The notes below the pieces were generated by a model. That model was given only the letters and a program-made list of their open reading frames with translations, searched no databases and was not told the origin of the DNA. Source: an uncultured Candidatus Saccharibacteria bacterium (GTDB lineage Bacteria > Patescibacteriota > Minisyncoccia > Phycocordibacterales > UBA5272). Taken from it: DNA of 58,786 nucleotides. The position numbers and the translations under genes were made by a program. How positions within the stretch are numbered: the first letter of the stretch is position 1; every line of letters begins with the position of its first letter. The stretch lies in the NCBI GenBank assembly GCA_964457775.1, contig CAYWEW010000008.1:1-58786 (forward strand). Reading direction: 5' to 3'. Positions 18,746-26,351 of this stretch are shown piece by piece.

Positions 18746-19015
18746 TTATTTAGAAAACTTATCTATCCACCAATTCTTAAGAAAAGATAGCGAAAGTGTA
18801 GATAGTAAATATCCAATAGTTGGAATAAGTGCATTAAGTAAAAACTTCTCTACTCCAATAAAATACATTACTACCGAAGCAACGATATAGGTTATTACAA
18901 TAATCGAAACCCTACGGAATAAACTCGTTTCCCATGCTTTATTTTGTTCTACCTTTTTATTACGATTTTTGATTACTCCCAACTCCTCTTGTATCTGTTT
19001 AATTTGGTCTTCCAT
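18746..19015 (-). CDS. small two-helix membrane protein (hypothetical)
   Basis: 89 aa. Charged N-terminal helix followed by two hydrophobic helices. Confidence 0.4.
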   Translation of the reverse strand: MEDQIKQIQEELGVIKNRNKKVEQNKAWETSLFRRVSIIVITYIVASVVMYFIGVEKFLLNALIPTIGYLLSTLSLSFLKNWWIDKFSK

Positions 19016-19101
19016 ATCAATATATTATACCAGTTCTACCCTCCCGTGTAATTCGCTAAAGGTGGTTAGTAAATCGCATCGGGAGACGAAAATAGATTTG
19101 A

Positions 19102-19350
19102 TTGGTGTGCCTATCGGGATATTTGGTCACCGTTAAGGGTTTTCTTTTTTCGTCCTTTGGACTTAAACAAAACCTCTTAACCTCGACCCCGAGAAACGTC
19201 GACAAAATTGAGATGTAAAAATACTGCACCCAATTTTTACATCTCAATTTCGTAAACCGACGTTTCGTTCAAATCCCACGTAACAATGTTTGGACATTGT
19301 TACTGATAGCCACACCAAATGAAAAATCGCCTTAACAGCGATTTTTCATT
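19102..19350 (-). repeat. tRNA-His-linked structured module (tRNA 3'-end copies at both ends)
   Basis: 19102-19120 is identical (19/19) to 19350-19368, the tRNA-His 3' end. Inverted copies lie at 19268-19277 and 19305-19317. Internal helices: GAAACGTCG/CGACGTTTC and GGTC/GACC. Confidence 0.7.
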
Positions 19351-19426
19351 TGGTGTGCCTATCGGGATTTGAACCCGAACTGAGGGTTCCACAAACCCTA
19401 GTGCTAACCATTACACTATAGGCACC
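19351..19426 (-). tRNA. tRNA-His (GTG), encoded G-1 and CCA
   Basis: Manual cloverleaf: G-1, acceptor GTGCCTA/TAGGCAC, anticodon loop TTGTGGA, T-arm TCGGG-TTCAAAT-CCCGA, ACCA end. Confidence 0.9.
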
Positions 19427-19554
19427 ATCTCACTTCGAACATTTTTTACAAAACATTTGAGTGTAATTCCTGTGTGGAGCATGGAATTAGGACTTTACTC
19501 TAACACATTTTTAGAGTTTTAGGAAGGAGGAAATTAATATATATATATTTTAAT

Positions 19555-19709
19555 CAAGACTGGATTTGGTCACAAAACTCCTCACTTCGTTCGAAGTAGT
19601 TTCGCGACCCCTATTCAAATCCATCGTAAGTGACGCAGGTCACTTGCTTCTATGTTAGCAAAATAATAAATACCTATCTTGGATTACAAGATAGGTATTT
19701 ATTATTTTG
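19555..19709 (-). repeat. tRNA-Leu-linked structured module
   Basis: 19557-19568 = 19716-19727 (12/12, tRNA-Leu T-arm/acceptor). Core TTCGCGACCCCT at 19601-19612. Inverted T-loop copy at 19614-19623. Palindrome at 19626-19647. Long hairpin at 19660-19708. Confidence 0.7.
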
Positions 19710-19793
19710 TGCCCGAGACTGGATTTGAACCAGCACGCCGTTGCCAGCGCTACCACCTCAAGGTAGTGCGTCTACCAATTTCGCCACCCGGGC
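19710..19793 (-). tRNA. tRNA-Leu (GAG), long variable arm, no encoded CCA
   Basis: GCCCGGG acceptor, anticodon arm CTACC-TTGAGGT-GGTAG, T-arm CTGG-TTCAAAT-CCAG. 84 nt. Confidence 0.9.
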
Positions 19794-19845
19794 ATATTTT
19801 ATTTTTAAAAACCTTACTACACTTTATATTGCCATATTATATTTA

Positions 19846-19944
19846 GAAAATTGGTAGACTGCAATATTTTACCAATTAGCATCTTTCGCTTGCTAGCTAC
19901 AGATGTCTTCGAAGCCAAGCTTCTCGAGCCACCCGGGCATATTT
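19846..19944 (-). repeat. duplicated 5' fragment of tRNA-Leu interrupted by a ~45-nt module
   Basis: 19928-19944 = 19783-19799 (17/17: first 11 nt of tRNA-Leu plus upstream flank). D-arm-like ATTGGTA/TACCAAT copies at 19846-19880. The intervening 19906-19927 is the reverse complement of 36939-36960 (22/22). Confidence 0.6.
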
Positions 19945-19987
19945 CTTCTTTCGAAGTATTAAAATACTACCATAAATATGTCAAAAT

Positions 19988-20013
19988 AAAAACTCGTCTT
20001 TGGACGAGTTTTT
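19988..20013 (-). terminator. intrinsic terminator after rplS
   Basis: AAAAACTCGTC-TTTG-GACGAGTTTTT, flanked by A/T runs on both sides. Confidence 0.8.
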
Positions 20014-20021
20014 ATTTTTAA

Positions 20022-20450
20022 TTATGCTGTAACTTCTTCTACTGTTTCTTCAACGACTGCTTCTGTTGTTGTTGTACTCCCTTTCTTGATTACACGTACG
20101 TCCTTCTTCAACTTACGACGGACATCACGGAGTGCCTTGTCACGTACATAGTATAGCTTACTACGACGAGTACGAGCGCGACGAACGAGTTCAATCTTAT
20201 CAATCATAACTGAGTAAAGTGGGAATACACGTTCAACTCCTACACCTGAAGCTACACGACGAATAGTAAAAGTAGCACCAATTTCTGTGCCATGCTTACG
20301 AGCGAGAACCATACCTTCAAAAGCCTGAAGACGTGTCTTTCCATCAGCTTCCTTAATCTTATTCCACACACGAACAACATCTCCAGATGAGAAATCTAGC
20401 TCCTTACGTGAAGGAATGTCGACAGGTGTTAGTTTTATTGTTGTTTTCAT
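20022..20450 (-). CDS. rplS: 50S ribosomal protein L19 with C-terminal extension
   Basis: GDVVRVWNKIKE..GKTRLQAFEGMVLARKHG...FTIRR...GVERVFPLYS...IELVRR. Confidence 0.92.
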   Translation of the reverse strand: MKTTIKLTPVDIPSRKELDFSSGDVVRVWNKIKEADGKTRLQAFEGMVLARKHGTEIGATFTIRRVASGVGVERVFPLYSVMIDKIELVRRARTRRSKLYYVRDKALRDVRRKLKKDVRVIKKGSTTTTEAVVEETVEEVTA

Positions 20451-20531
20451 AGAAATGTCTTAGTAGAGAGATATTATCACAAAAATTGATGTTTTGCAAG
20501 AGGGCTTCCTCTTTCTTTCTTATGTTTTAAT

Positions 20532-21266
20532 TTATAAATCCACAGGGAAATTAAGGGCTTTTAAGCAATCCTTCATGTCCTTTGGAATTTCTGAAATAAT
20601 TGTCTCTGTCTTTTTACCTGATTGTTCCTCTGGAATTTCTATAGTTATTGAATATGCGTGGAGCATAGAGCGTGGAGCAACGTCTTTTCCATATGTAGAA
20701 CCATACAAATCATCACCTATAATTGGATGACGTATACCACGAAAATGTGCACGAATCTGATGAGTTCTTCCTGTTAATGGATAACATTCAACATATGAAT
20801 AATTCTTGCCATCTGGTGCCGTTGCGCGAGCCAATACCTTATAACGAGTGATTGCTTCTCTTTCTTCACCTCGAGCGTCTTGTGAGAACATATCTACTAC
20901 TGTACGTTTACGAAAATCACTCTTCGCTCTTGCAATTGGAAGTGAGATCATTCCAGTGTCATGCTTAATATACCCTTCTACGATTGTTCTGTATACCTTA
21001 CGAGCTGTGTGGTCACGAAATTGTTTTTTAAATGTTGTAAATGCAACATTATCTTTTGCAAGAACAAGTACTCCGGTTGTATTGCGGTCTAGTCGATGAA
21101 CGACCCCTTCGCGCCCTGCGTCCCCTATTCCTTTAACACCATAGGTTTCGTTCATCCAATTTGCAATTGTATATTCTTCTTGCCTATCATCAGGGTGCAC
21201 AATAATACCTGCTGGTTTATCAATAACAACAGCATGTATGTTCTCAAAGAGAATAGGGAATTTCAT
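20532..21266 (-). CDS. RluA-family pseudouridine synthase
   Basis: VIDKPAGIIVHP and the catalytic HRLDRNTTGVLVLAK motif. 244 aa, no S4 domain. Confidence 0.85.
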   Translation of the reverse strand: MKFPILFENIHAVVIDKPAGIIVHPDDRQEEYTIANWMNETYGVKGIGDAGREGVVHRLDRNTTGVLVLAKDNVAFTTFKKQFRDHTARKVYRTIVEGYIKHDTGMISLPIARAKSDFRKRTVVDMFSQDARGEEREAITRYKVLARATAPDGKNYSYVECYPLTGRTHQIRAHFRGIRHPIIGDDLYGSTYGKDVAPRSMLHAYSITIEIPEEQSGKKTETIISEIPKDMKDCLKALNFPVDL

Positions 21267-21315
21267 ATTTGTAAATACTAGCAGAAATTAAGGGGAGATG
21301 CGAGGGTTAATGCAT

Positions 21316-21484
21316 TGTGGATTCGGTCACCAAATATAGTCGCCATGCTCCTTATTTCGCGACCCCTCTTCGGTGCTACCATTTTTGTAAACAAAAATGG
21401 ACTTCGTTAGCACCTCAGTTCGAATCCTCTATTTCCTCAAAAAAACAAAATCAGCAGAAGTATAAATTCTGCTGATTGTTTTTG
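21316..21484 (-). repeat. tRNA-Val-linked structured module
   Basis: Core TTCGCGACCCCT at 21356-21367. Nested hairpin at 21372-21414. An 18-nt perfect inverted copy of the tRNA-Val 3' end (21419-21436 vs 21487-21504) brackets the terminator hairpin 21449-21477. Confidence 0.7.
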
Positions 21485-21557
21485 TGGGAAATAGAGGATT
21501 CGAACCTCTGACCTTCGCTGTGTAAAAGCGCTGCTCTACCAACTGAGCTAATCTCCC
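21485..21557 (-). tRNA. tRNA-Val (TAC)
   Basis: GGGAGAT acceptor, D-arm GCTC/GAGC, anticodon loop TTTACAC, T-arm AGAGG-TTCGAAT-CCTCT. 73 nt. Confidence 0.9.
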
Positions 21558-21619
21558 TTCATTGGTACTACAATACTACCTTATTTCAAAAATTTTTGCT
21601 AGTATACTAGGGTGCATAT

Positions 21620-21694
21620 GCCCTTGTAGTTAAATGGATATAACTGCGGACTTCTAAGCCGTTATTCGTGGTTCGATTCCACGCGAGGGCACCA
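21620..21694 (+). tRNA. tRNA-Arg (TCT) with encoded CCA
   Basis: GCCCTTG acceptor, anticodon loop CTTCTAA, T-arm CGTGG-TTCGATT-CCACG, ACCA end. There is an A-G mismatch at the base of the anticodon stem. Confidence 0.85.
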
Positions 21695-21732
21695 ATACAA
21701 AATACACAGGATTAATCCTGTGTATTTTGTAT
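21695..21732 (+). terminator. intrinsic terminator after tRNA-Arg(TCT)
   Basis: ATACAAAATACACAGGA-TTAA-TCCTGTGTATTTTGTAT, a perfect 17-bp stem. Confidence 0.8.
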
Positions 21733-21757
21733 TGTTTCCTATTTGTCCCCATTTTTC

Positions 21758-22114
21758 CTACATCTCTAAAATATCTTTTTTTGGTGTAGGGCTACCAAGT
21801 TTCTTTCTGTAAAATTCAACTATATCACTTTGTATATTTATTAGTATTTTATCTATACCTTTTTCCACCGAGTCAACCCCAAGGACACTTATAATTTTTT
21901 CCTTTTGTTCTTCAGAAGTAAAATGGTGTAAAAATGGGGGGAGTCCTAAACTATGCAAAATATCATAAAGAAATGATCCTCTAATACTCCTAAGAGCGTC
22001 ATCAGAAAAGCCTGGATAGAGTTCTTTGAGTTTCATTAGGGTTGCTTTTTCTAATAGCTCAAGTGGTTCAGGATTAGATTCAATATTATTTTGTGGTGAC
22101 TCAAATTTATTCAT
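21758..22114 (-). CDS. hypothetical protein
   Basis: 118-aa ORF. No recognised motif. Confidence 0.4.
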   Translation of the reverse strand: MNKFESPQNNIESNPEPLELLEKATLMKLKELYPGFSDDALRSIRGSFLYDILHSLGLPPFLHHFTSEEQKEKIISVLGVDSVEKGIDKILINIQSDIVEFYRKKLGSPTPKKDILEM

Positions 22115-22136
22115 AATATGTCCAGTATATCATTCT

Positions 22137-22370
22137 CTACTCATACCCAACCTTTCTCCCTAACCTATCCTCCAACTTTCTTCCTAACATTCTCTTTGCG
22201 TCCCCCCGTCCACAAACAACAACTTCATCTTTTCCTATTTTGTGTACAATCATATCAAGTACCTCATTAATTGCTCGGGTAACTTCTTTCTCAATAAGGT
22301 GCTTTCCGATTGGTATCATCTCCTTATCAAAAACAATATAGTCATCGTTTATACAAATATGATGTGTCAT
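22137..22370 (-). CDS. hypothetical small protein
   Basis: 77-aa ORF, co-oriented and closely spaced with its neighbours. Confidence 0.35.
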   Translation of the reverse strand: MTHHICINDDYIVFDKEMIPIGKHLIEKEVTRAINEVLDMIVHKIGKDEVVVCGRGDAKRMLGRKLEDRLGRKVGYE

Positions 22371-22385
22371 TACTATTAGTATATA

Positions 22386-22964
22386 TTATTTAGAGAAAAA
22401 ATAGATTGCTATAAACCCAAGTATGCCCACAATCCACAAAATTTTGTCTCCTTTATTTAAAATCATTTGCTTTGCTCTTTGACCGAATCTATTTGATAAA
22501 TATGCTACTAAGAAAAATCTTGCCCCTCTTCCCATAATAGAAGCAACAATGAAGGTGAATAAATTAATAGAAAAAAGACCTCCAGCAATAGTAAAAACTT
22601 TATAAGGAATAGGAGTAAACGCTGCTATAAGTATCGCCATGAAGGCATTATCGTTAAAAAGTTTTCCAACATGTGTGACCTGTTCTTCTAAGTTATAAAA
22701 CTGGATTACAGGCAATCCTATAAATTGATAAAAATAATACCCAATTGCGTAGCCAAATATTCCACCAAGAACTGAGCCTGCTGTAGTAATACTTGCGATT
22801 CTTACCCACGCTTTTTTTATATGATGAGAGAGAATTGCAATAATCAATACATCTGGTGGAACTAAGAAAAATGATGACTCTGTAAAAGCAACCCAAAACA
22901 AAATAGCCTCTGATCTTTTGTGTTCAGCAAACTTTTCTACCCAGGAAACCATTTTTTTTATCAT
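22386..22964 (-). CDS. DedA/YqaA-family membrane protein
   Basis: 192 aa. FFLVPPDVLII...GRGARFFLVAYL pattern, 4-5 TM helices. Confidence 0.65.
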   Translation of the reverse strand: MIKKMVSWVEKFAEHKRSEAILFWVAFTESSFFLVPPDVLIIAILSHHIKKAWVRIASITTAGSVLGGIFGYAIGYYFYQFIGLPVIQFYNLEEQVTHVGKLFNDNAFMAILIAAFTPIPYKVFTIAGGLFSINLFTFIVASIMGRGARFFLVAYLSNRFGQRAKQMILNKGDKILWIVGILGFIAIYFFSK

Positions 22965-22973
22965 AATGATTAG

Positions 22974-23360
22974 CTATTTGAGTCTAGTTCCATTTATTAA
23001 ATTCTTTGATGGGTTAAATAGAGCAAGACCATTTTCATCACTTCCTGCGAGTATCATTCCCTGTGATTCGTGTCCGCGTAACATACGAGGTGCTAAATTT
23101 GTCACGAATGGAAATTGTTTATTCAGTAGTTCTTCAGGTTGAGTAAACTGACGAATACCAGATAATATCTGACGAGGTTTTTCTTCGTTAAAATCTACTT
23201 GAAGAATATATAATTTATCTGCACCCTCTACAACGTTGACAGAAAGCACTGTACCGACTTTTATTTCTATTTTTGCAAAGTCATCAATGGTTGCATATAC
23301 AGGTTTAATTTCTTGTGGAATAGCTATATCTTCCTCTTTTTTTATTTCTTCTTCATTCAT
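22974..23360 (-). CDS. tRNA-binding domain protein (CsaA/EMAP-II-like OB fold)
   Basis: FAKIEIKVGTVLSVNVVEGADKLYILQVDF...SGIRQF...MLRGHESQGMILA. Confidence 0.8.
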   Translation of the reverse strand: MNEEEIKKEEDIAIPQEIKPVYATIDDFAKIEIKVGTVLSVNVVEGADKLYILQVDFNEEKPRQILSGIRQFTQPEELLNKQFPFVTNLAPRMLRGHESQGMILAGSDENGLALFNPSKNLINGTRLK

Positions 23361-23543
23361 ATATAGATAAACTTACCATATCTTCTTATTTATTAAAAGC
23401 TAAAAATTGTTTTAGGTACGCGAAGCATAGAAATTTTCACAGGAAGACGTATATCTAGTACGGCGACCTGTTAAAATTTCGTAACTGAATCAACAGATTC
23501 ATGTCCTGGACAAAAAATAAATAAAATAATTTTTAGCTTTTAA

Positions 23544-24005
23544 TTACCAATTATCGTTTGATGACGTCTCTTCCTCATCGTCTTCTTCTCCAATAAACTC
23601 TTCGTCGGATGTGCTTGGTCCATTTATCTTGTCCAAGTATCTCTGTAAAACAATTGCAGCAGCTTGATCGTCCACTTCATGATTACCTTCATTTCCTGGT
23701 TGTTTACGAGCCTCGACAGTTGAGTACCATTCCTTTTCAAACACAACAATAGTATCTATTCCGTTTTCTATTTGTAAACCAAAAGCACGAGCGTCTTTTG
23801 CTATTTTGTTTGGCTTACCATTTCCATCTACACTCTCTCCAATTACAACAGTACCGAATTTCATTTCACGAATAAGCTCCAAAGTATCTTTTAATAATGT
23901 TCCATCGTTCGGTGCAATCATAAGAGGAAAGGCCATACGTCCATCATCATCTGATTGTGCGAAACCAACTTTTTTTGAACCAAAATCTATTCCGAGGTAT
24001 TTCAT
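23544..24005 (-). CDS. ruvX: Holliday junction resolvase-like RuvX/YqgF with acidic C-terminal tail
   Basis: MKYLGIDFGSKKVGFAQSD...DERFSTVEA-like (WYSTVEARK)...AAAIVLQRYLD. Confidence 0.85.
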   Translation of the reverse strand: MKYLGIDFGSKKVGFAQSDDDGRMAFPLMIAPNDGTLLKDTLELIREMKFGTVVIGESVDGNGKPNKIAKDARAFGLQIENGIDTIVVFEKEWYSTVEARKQPGNEGNHEVDDQAAAIVLQRYLDKINGPSTSDEEFIGEEDDEEETSSNDNW

Positions 24006-24030
24006 ATACTTATAAGTATACTACAAAATT

Positions 24031-25038
24031 TTAATTATTTTCCTGTTCATAAACCATTTTAGAGACATTGGAAATTATCTTTAAGAGTGTGGGTATATCT
24101 TTTCCGTGCGTCATAAAACATATAATAAAAGGGTCTTCAGGAACATAAACAATTCCACAATCATGAAGTAAAATTTTTTTCTCTGTATCAAAAGCACCAA
24201 ATTTATTTGCAACAACGATGTCTTTTGGAATCCCAGAAACAATCCCTTCTTTGAAGGTGCTTTTTGTTAAAAGTGATAATAAATATTCTGAATGCTCTTC
24301 ATTAAGATATGAAGAGTTATATAGCATTCTTAAAAAGAAAGAGTACTCTCTTGAGGAAATTTTGTAAGTATCTGAATAAATGGGGTTGGACAAATTTGTT
24401 ACATTAAACAAATCATCAACATATCCTTTTTGCAAAAAATTCAAAAGTAGATCTTTTGCTCCATTATCAGAAAATTCTAGCATTATTTGAACAAGTTCCT
24501 CCACAGAATAATCCTTACCGATAACTAGATTACTATCATTGTTCCCTGTTATTTTTTTATTAATTTCTGCTATCTCCTTTGTATAAATAAGTCTTTTATT
24601 TAAGAATTTATTATCACCTTCTATTTGTTTGTAGACAGCGATAGCTATTGGTAATTTGAATAAACTAGCAGGGGAAAAGCTATCCCCTTCATTCACACCA
24701 AACCAAAGTGGAGAATTTAAATCTTTAAAATAAAATGAGTACTCATATAAATTTCCATTACTTTTTTCTTCTTCTAAATAATCAGTAATGTTATTTCTTA
24801 AATCCTTAAAAATACCGACATCTGTTGCCGGAGACGAAACAGAACCAAGAAGAGGGTTAATCAAGGAAAAATTACCACCAGCGCGGACGTTTTTGAACGT
24901 ACTAATAAATTTATTAAAATTATTTTTTTGTACTTGTTCACCAAGGAGATAACCCAGGAAAAAGAAAACTACCACAGCAATAACAATATGTACATTATGT
25001 TTTTTATACTGTAGTAATTTATCTATATGAATTTTCAT
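24031..25038 (-). CDS. class A beta-lactamase-like serine hydrolase, membrane anchored
   Basis: SLFK (SxxK), SDN, and KFG in the KTG position. N-terminal TM helix. Confidence 0.6.
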   Translation of the reverse strand: MKIHIDKLLQYKKHNVHIVIAVVVFFFLGYLLGEQVQKNNFNKFISTFKNVRAGGNFSLINPLLGSVSSPATDVGIFKDLRNNITDYLEEEKSNGNLYEYSFYFKDLNSPLWFGVNEGDSFSPASLFKLPIAIAVYKQIEGDNKFLNKRLIYTKEIAEINKKITGNNDSNLVIGKDYSVEELVQIMLEFSDNGAKDLLLNFLQKGYVDDLFNVTNLSNPIYSDTYKISSREYSFFLRMLYNSSYLNEEHSEYLLSLLTKSTFKEGIVSGIPKDIVVANKFGAFDTEKKILLHDCGIVYVPEDPFIICFMTHGKDIPTLLKIISNVSKMVYEQENN

Positions 25039-25167
25039 GTTTTATATAATGATATCACCTCCTGTAAAAATGCCGTAGCTAATCCTGTGTATTTTATATT
25101 CATAATTATATCCCTGGTATAAAAATAAATAATTTAATATTAAGTGTGAGGATTATAAGCCGACTCA

Positions 25168-25995
25168 CTATCTAATCTTTATTGACCAATCTTTATCATC
25201 TGCATACTTCTCGGCCTTTTCGTTTATCATATATTTTTTACGCAATTCTTCAATTGAAATACTTTGGTCTAAGAAACCAATTTTTTGGGCCAACTCATCA
25301 GAATACGCAGGCATTAGAACTTTATAACTTAAAGGAATTCTACTTTTTGTAATATCATTTATATGAGAAACGATGTTTGTTGTACAAGTGCTAGTTAAAG
25401 TATTATAAAATTCTGGCTCTTGAGAAAGTTTATTGGAACGATGTAACATAGAAACAAAAAGCGTCCTCATTTTTTCTTTTTCAGTCATTATAGGATATAA
25501 GAATACTTTGTCCTTACGATAATTTGATCTCAGCTTAATTACATCTCTTTCGTCAGCCACAACATAAACAAGTTCGAACTGTCTCAATATTCCTTTAAGT
25601 GGAGAATAGGACTCTCCTTTTTCCTTTCTTATTTCAACAGAGACAGAAACATATTCCCCTCCCTCAAACCCAAAAGAAACCAAAGTATGAGCTAACCCAA
25701 AACCATGACCAGAAAAAGGTTCGACCATGAACCACACTGATTCTAATTTATTTAAATCAAAAGTTTTATCATAAAAAGAAACGTCGTAATCAGTAGTTGT
25801 TCTGTAATTTATATTTCTAATATTTTTAATATGAACATTATCACCATTAAATTCCGAATATGATAAAACTTCTTGATCTTTGGTCCAGTCTCTATCCAAT
25901 GATGGTCTAATAAAAATAATTAGCAATGAATACAAGACAACAAGGACACCAATTAAAACTAATAAATACTTTAAAAATTTCTTTAGGGTTTTCAT
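25168..25995 (-). CDS. DUF4105-like membrane-anchored protein
   Basis: 275 aa. N-terminal helix, then RPSLDRDWTKDQ...VHIKNIRNINYRT, as I recall for DUF4105/Lnb N-terminal domain proteins. Confidence 0.45.
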   Translation of the reverse strand: MKTLKKFLKYLLVLIGVLVVLYSLLIIFIRPSLDRDWTKDQEVLSYSEFNGDNVHIKNIRNINYRTTTDYDVSFYDKTFDLNKLESVWFMVEPFSGHGFGLAHTLVSFGFEGGEYVSVSVEIRKEKGESYSPLKGILRQFELVYVVADERDVIKLRSNYRKDKVFLYPIMTEKEKMRTLFVSMLHRSNKLSQEPEFYNTLTSTCTTNIVSHINDITKSRIPLSYKVLMPAYSDELAQKIGFLDQSISIEELRKKYMINEKAEKYADDKDWSIKIR

Positions 25996-26030
25996 GGGTA
26001 TATTGTACTGTGGAAATGGAGGTGTAGCAA

Positions 26031-26188
26031 AGGGTGAGATATTCGGTCACAAATCTGCCTCGTTTCACTCGAAGCAGATTCGCGACCCCTATTCTCATCT
26101 CTCGCAAGTGACGCAGGTCACTTGCTACAATACATCGCTTGTGAATAGAAAAAGTACAAGGTGGTAACCTTGTACTTTTTCTATTCAA
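26031..26188 (-). repeat. tRNA-Ser-linked structured module, distal copy (A)
   Basis: AGGGTGAGATATTCGG (26031-26046) copies the tRNA-Ser T-arm. Core at 26079-26090. Palindrome GCAAGTGAC-GCAG-GTCACTTGC at 26104-26125. Hairpin at 26143-26186. Confidence 0.7.
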
Positions 26189-26351
26189 GCGGATTGGGTG
26201 AGATTCGTTCACAAAACTACCTCACTTCGTTCGAAGTAGTTTCGCGACCCCTATTCGAACCTCCGTAAACCAAAGCAGTTTGGTTTACTACCTTGTAAAC
26301 CGCACAGCAAATGAAAAATACCGAGCAGTAACTCGGTATTTTTCATTTGTG
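26189..26351 (-). repeat. tRNA-Ser-linked structured module, proximal copy (B)
   Basis: 26189-26207 matches tRNA-Ser 26351-26369 at 18/19. Core at 26241-26252. Hairpin at 26265-26288. Long hairpin 26300-26354 includes the tRNA's terminal CCGCA. Confidence 0.7.

Noticed and set aside
19056-19247. 63-aa ORF in the tRNA-His downstream region
   Set aside because: It lies entirely inside the structured tRNA-linked module. It has no RBS, and its composition is dictated by hairpin arms. It is most likely non-coding.
21372-21440. A plus-strand tRNA or tmRNA 3' end at the tRNA-Val module (TTCGAATCCTCTATTTCC followed by a terminator)
   Set aside because: The 5' strand of the would-be T-stem does not pair (CTCAG vs CCTCT), and no acceptor 5' strand exists upstream. 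It is an inverted copy of the neighbouring minus-strand tRNA-Val end.
25880-26212. ORFs of 95 and 101 aa overlapping the tRNA-Ser modules
   Set aside because: Both run through tandem repeat units and palindromes on opposite strands, and their translation is repeat-derived. I treat them as spurious.
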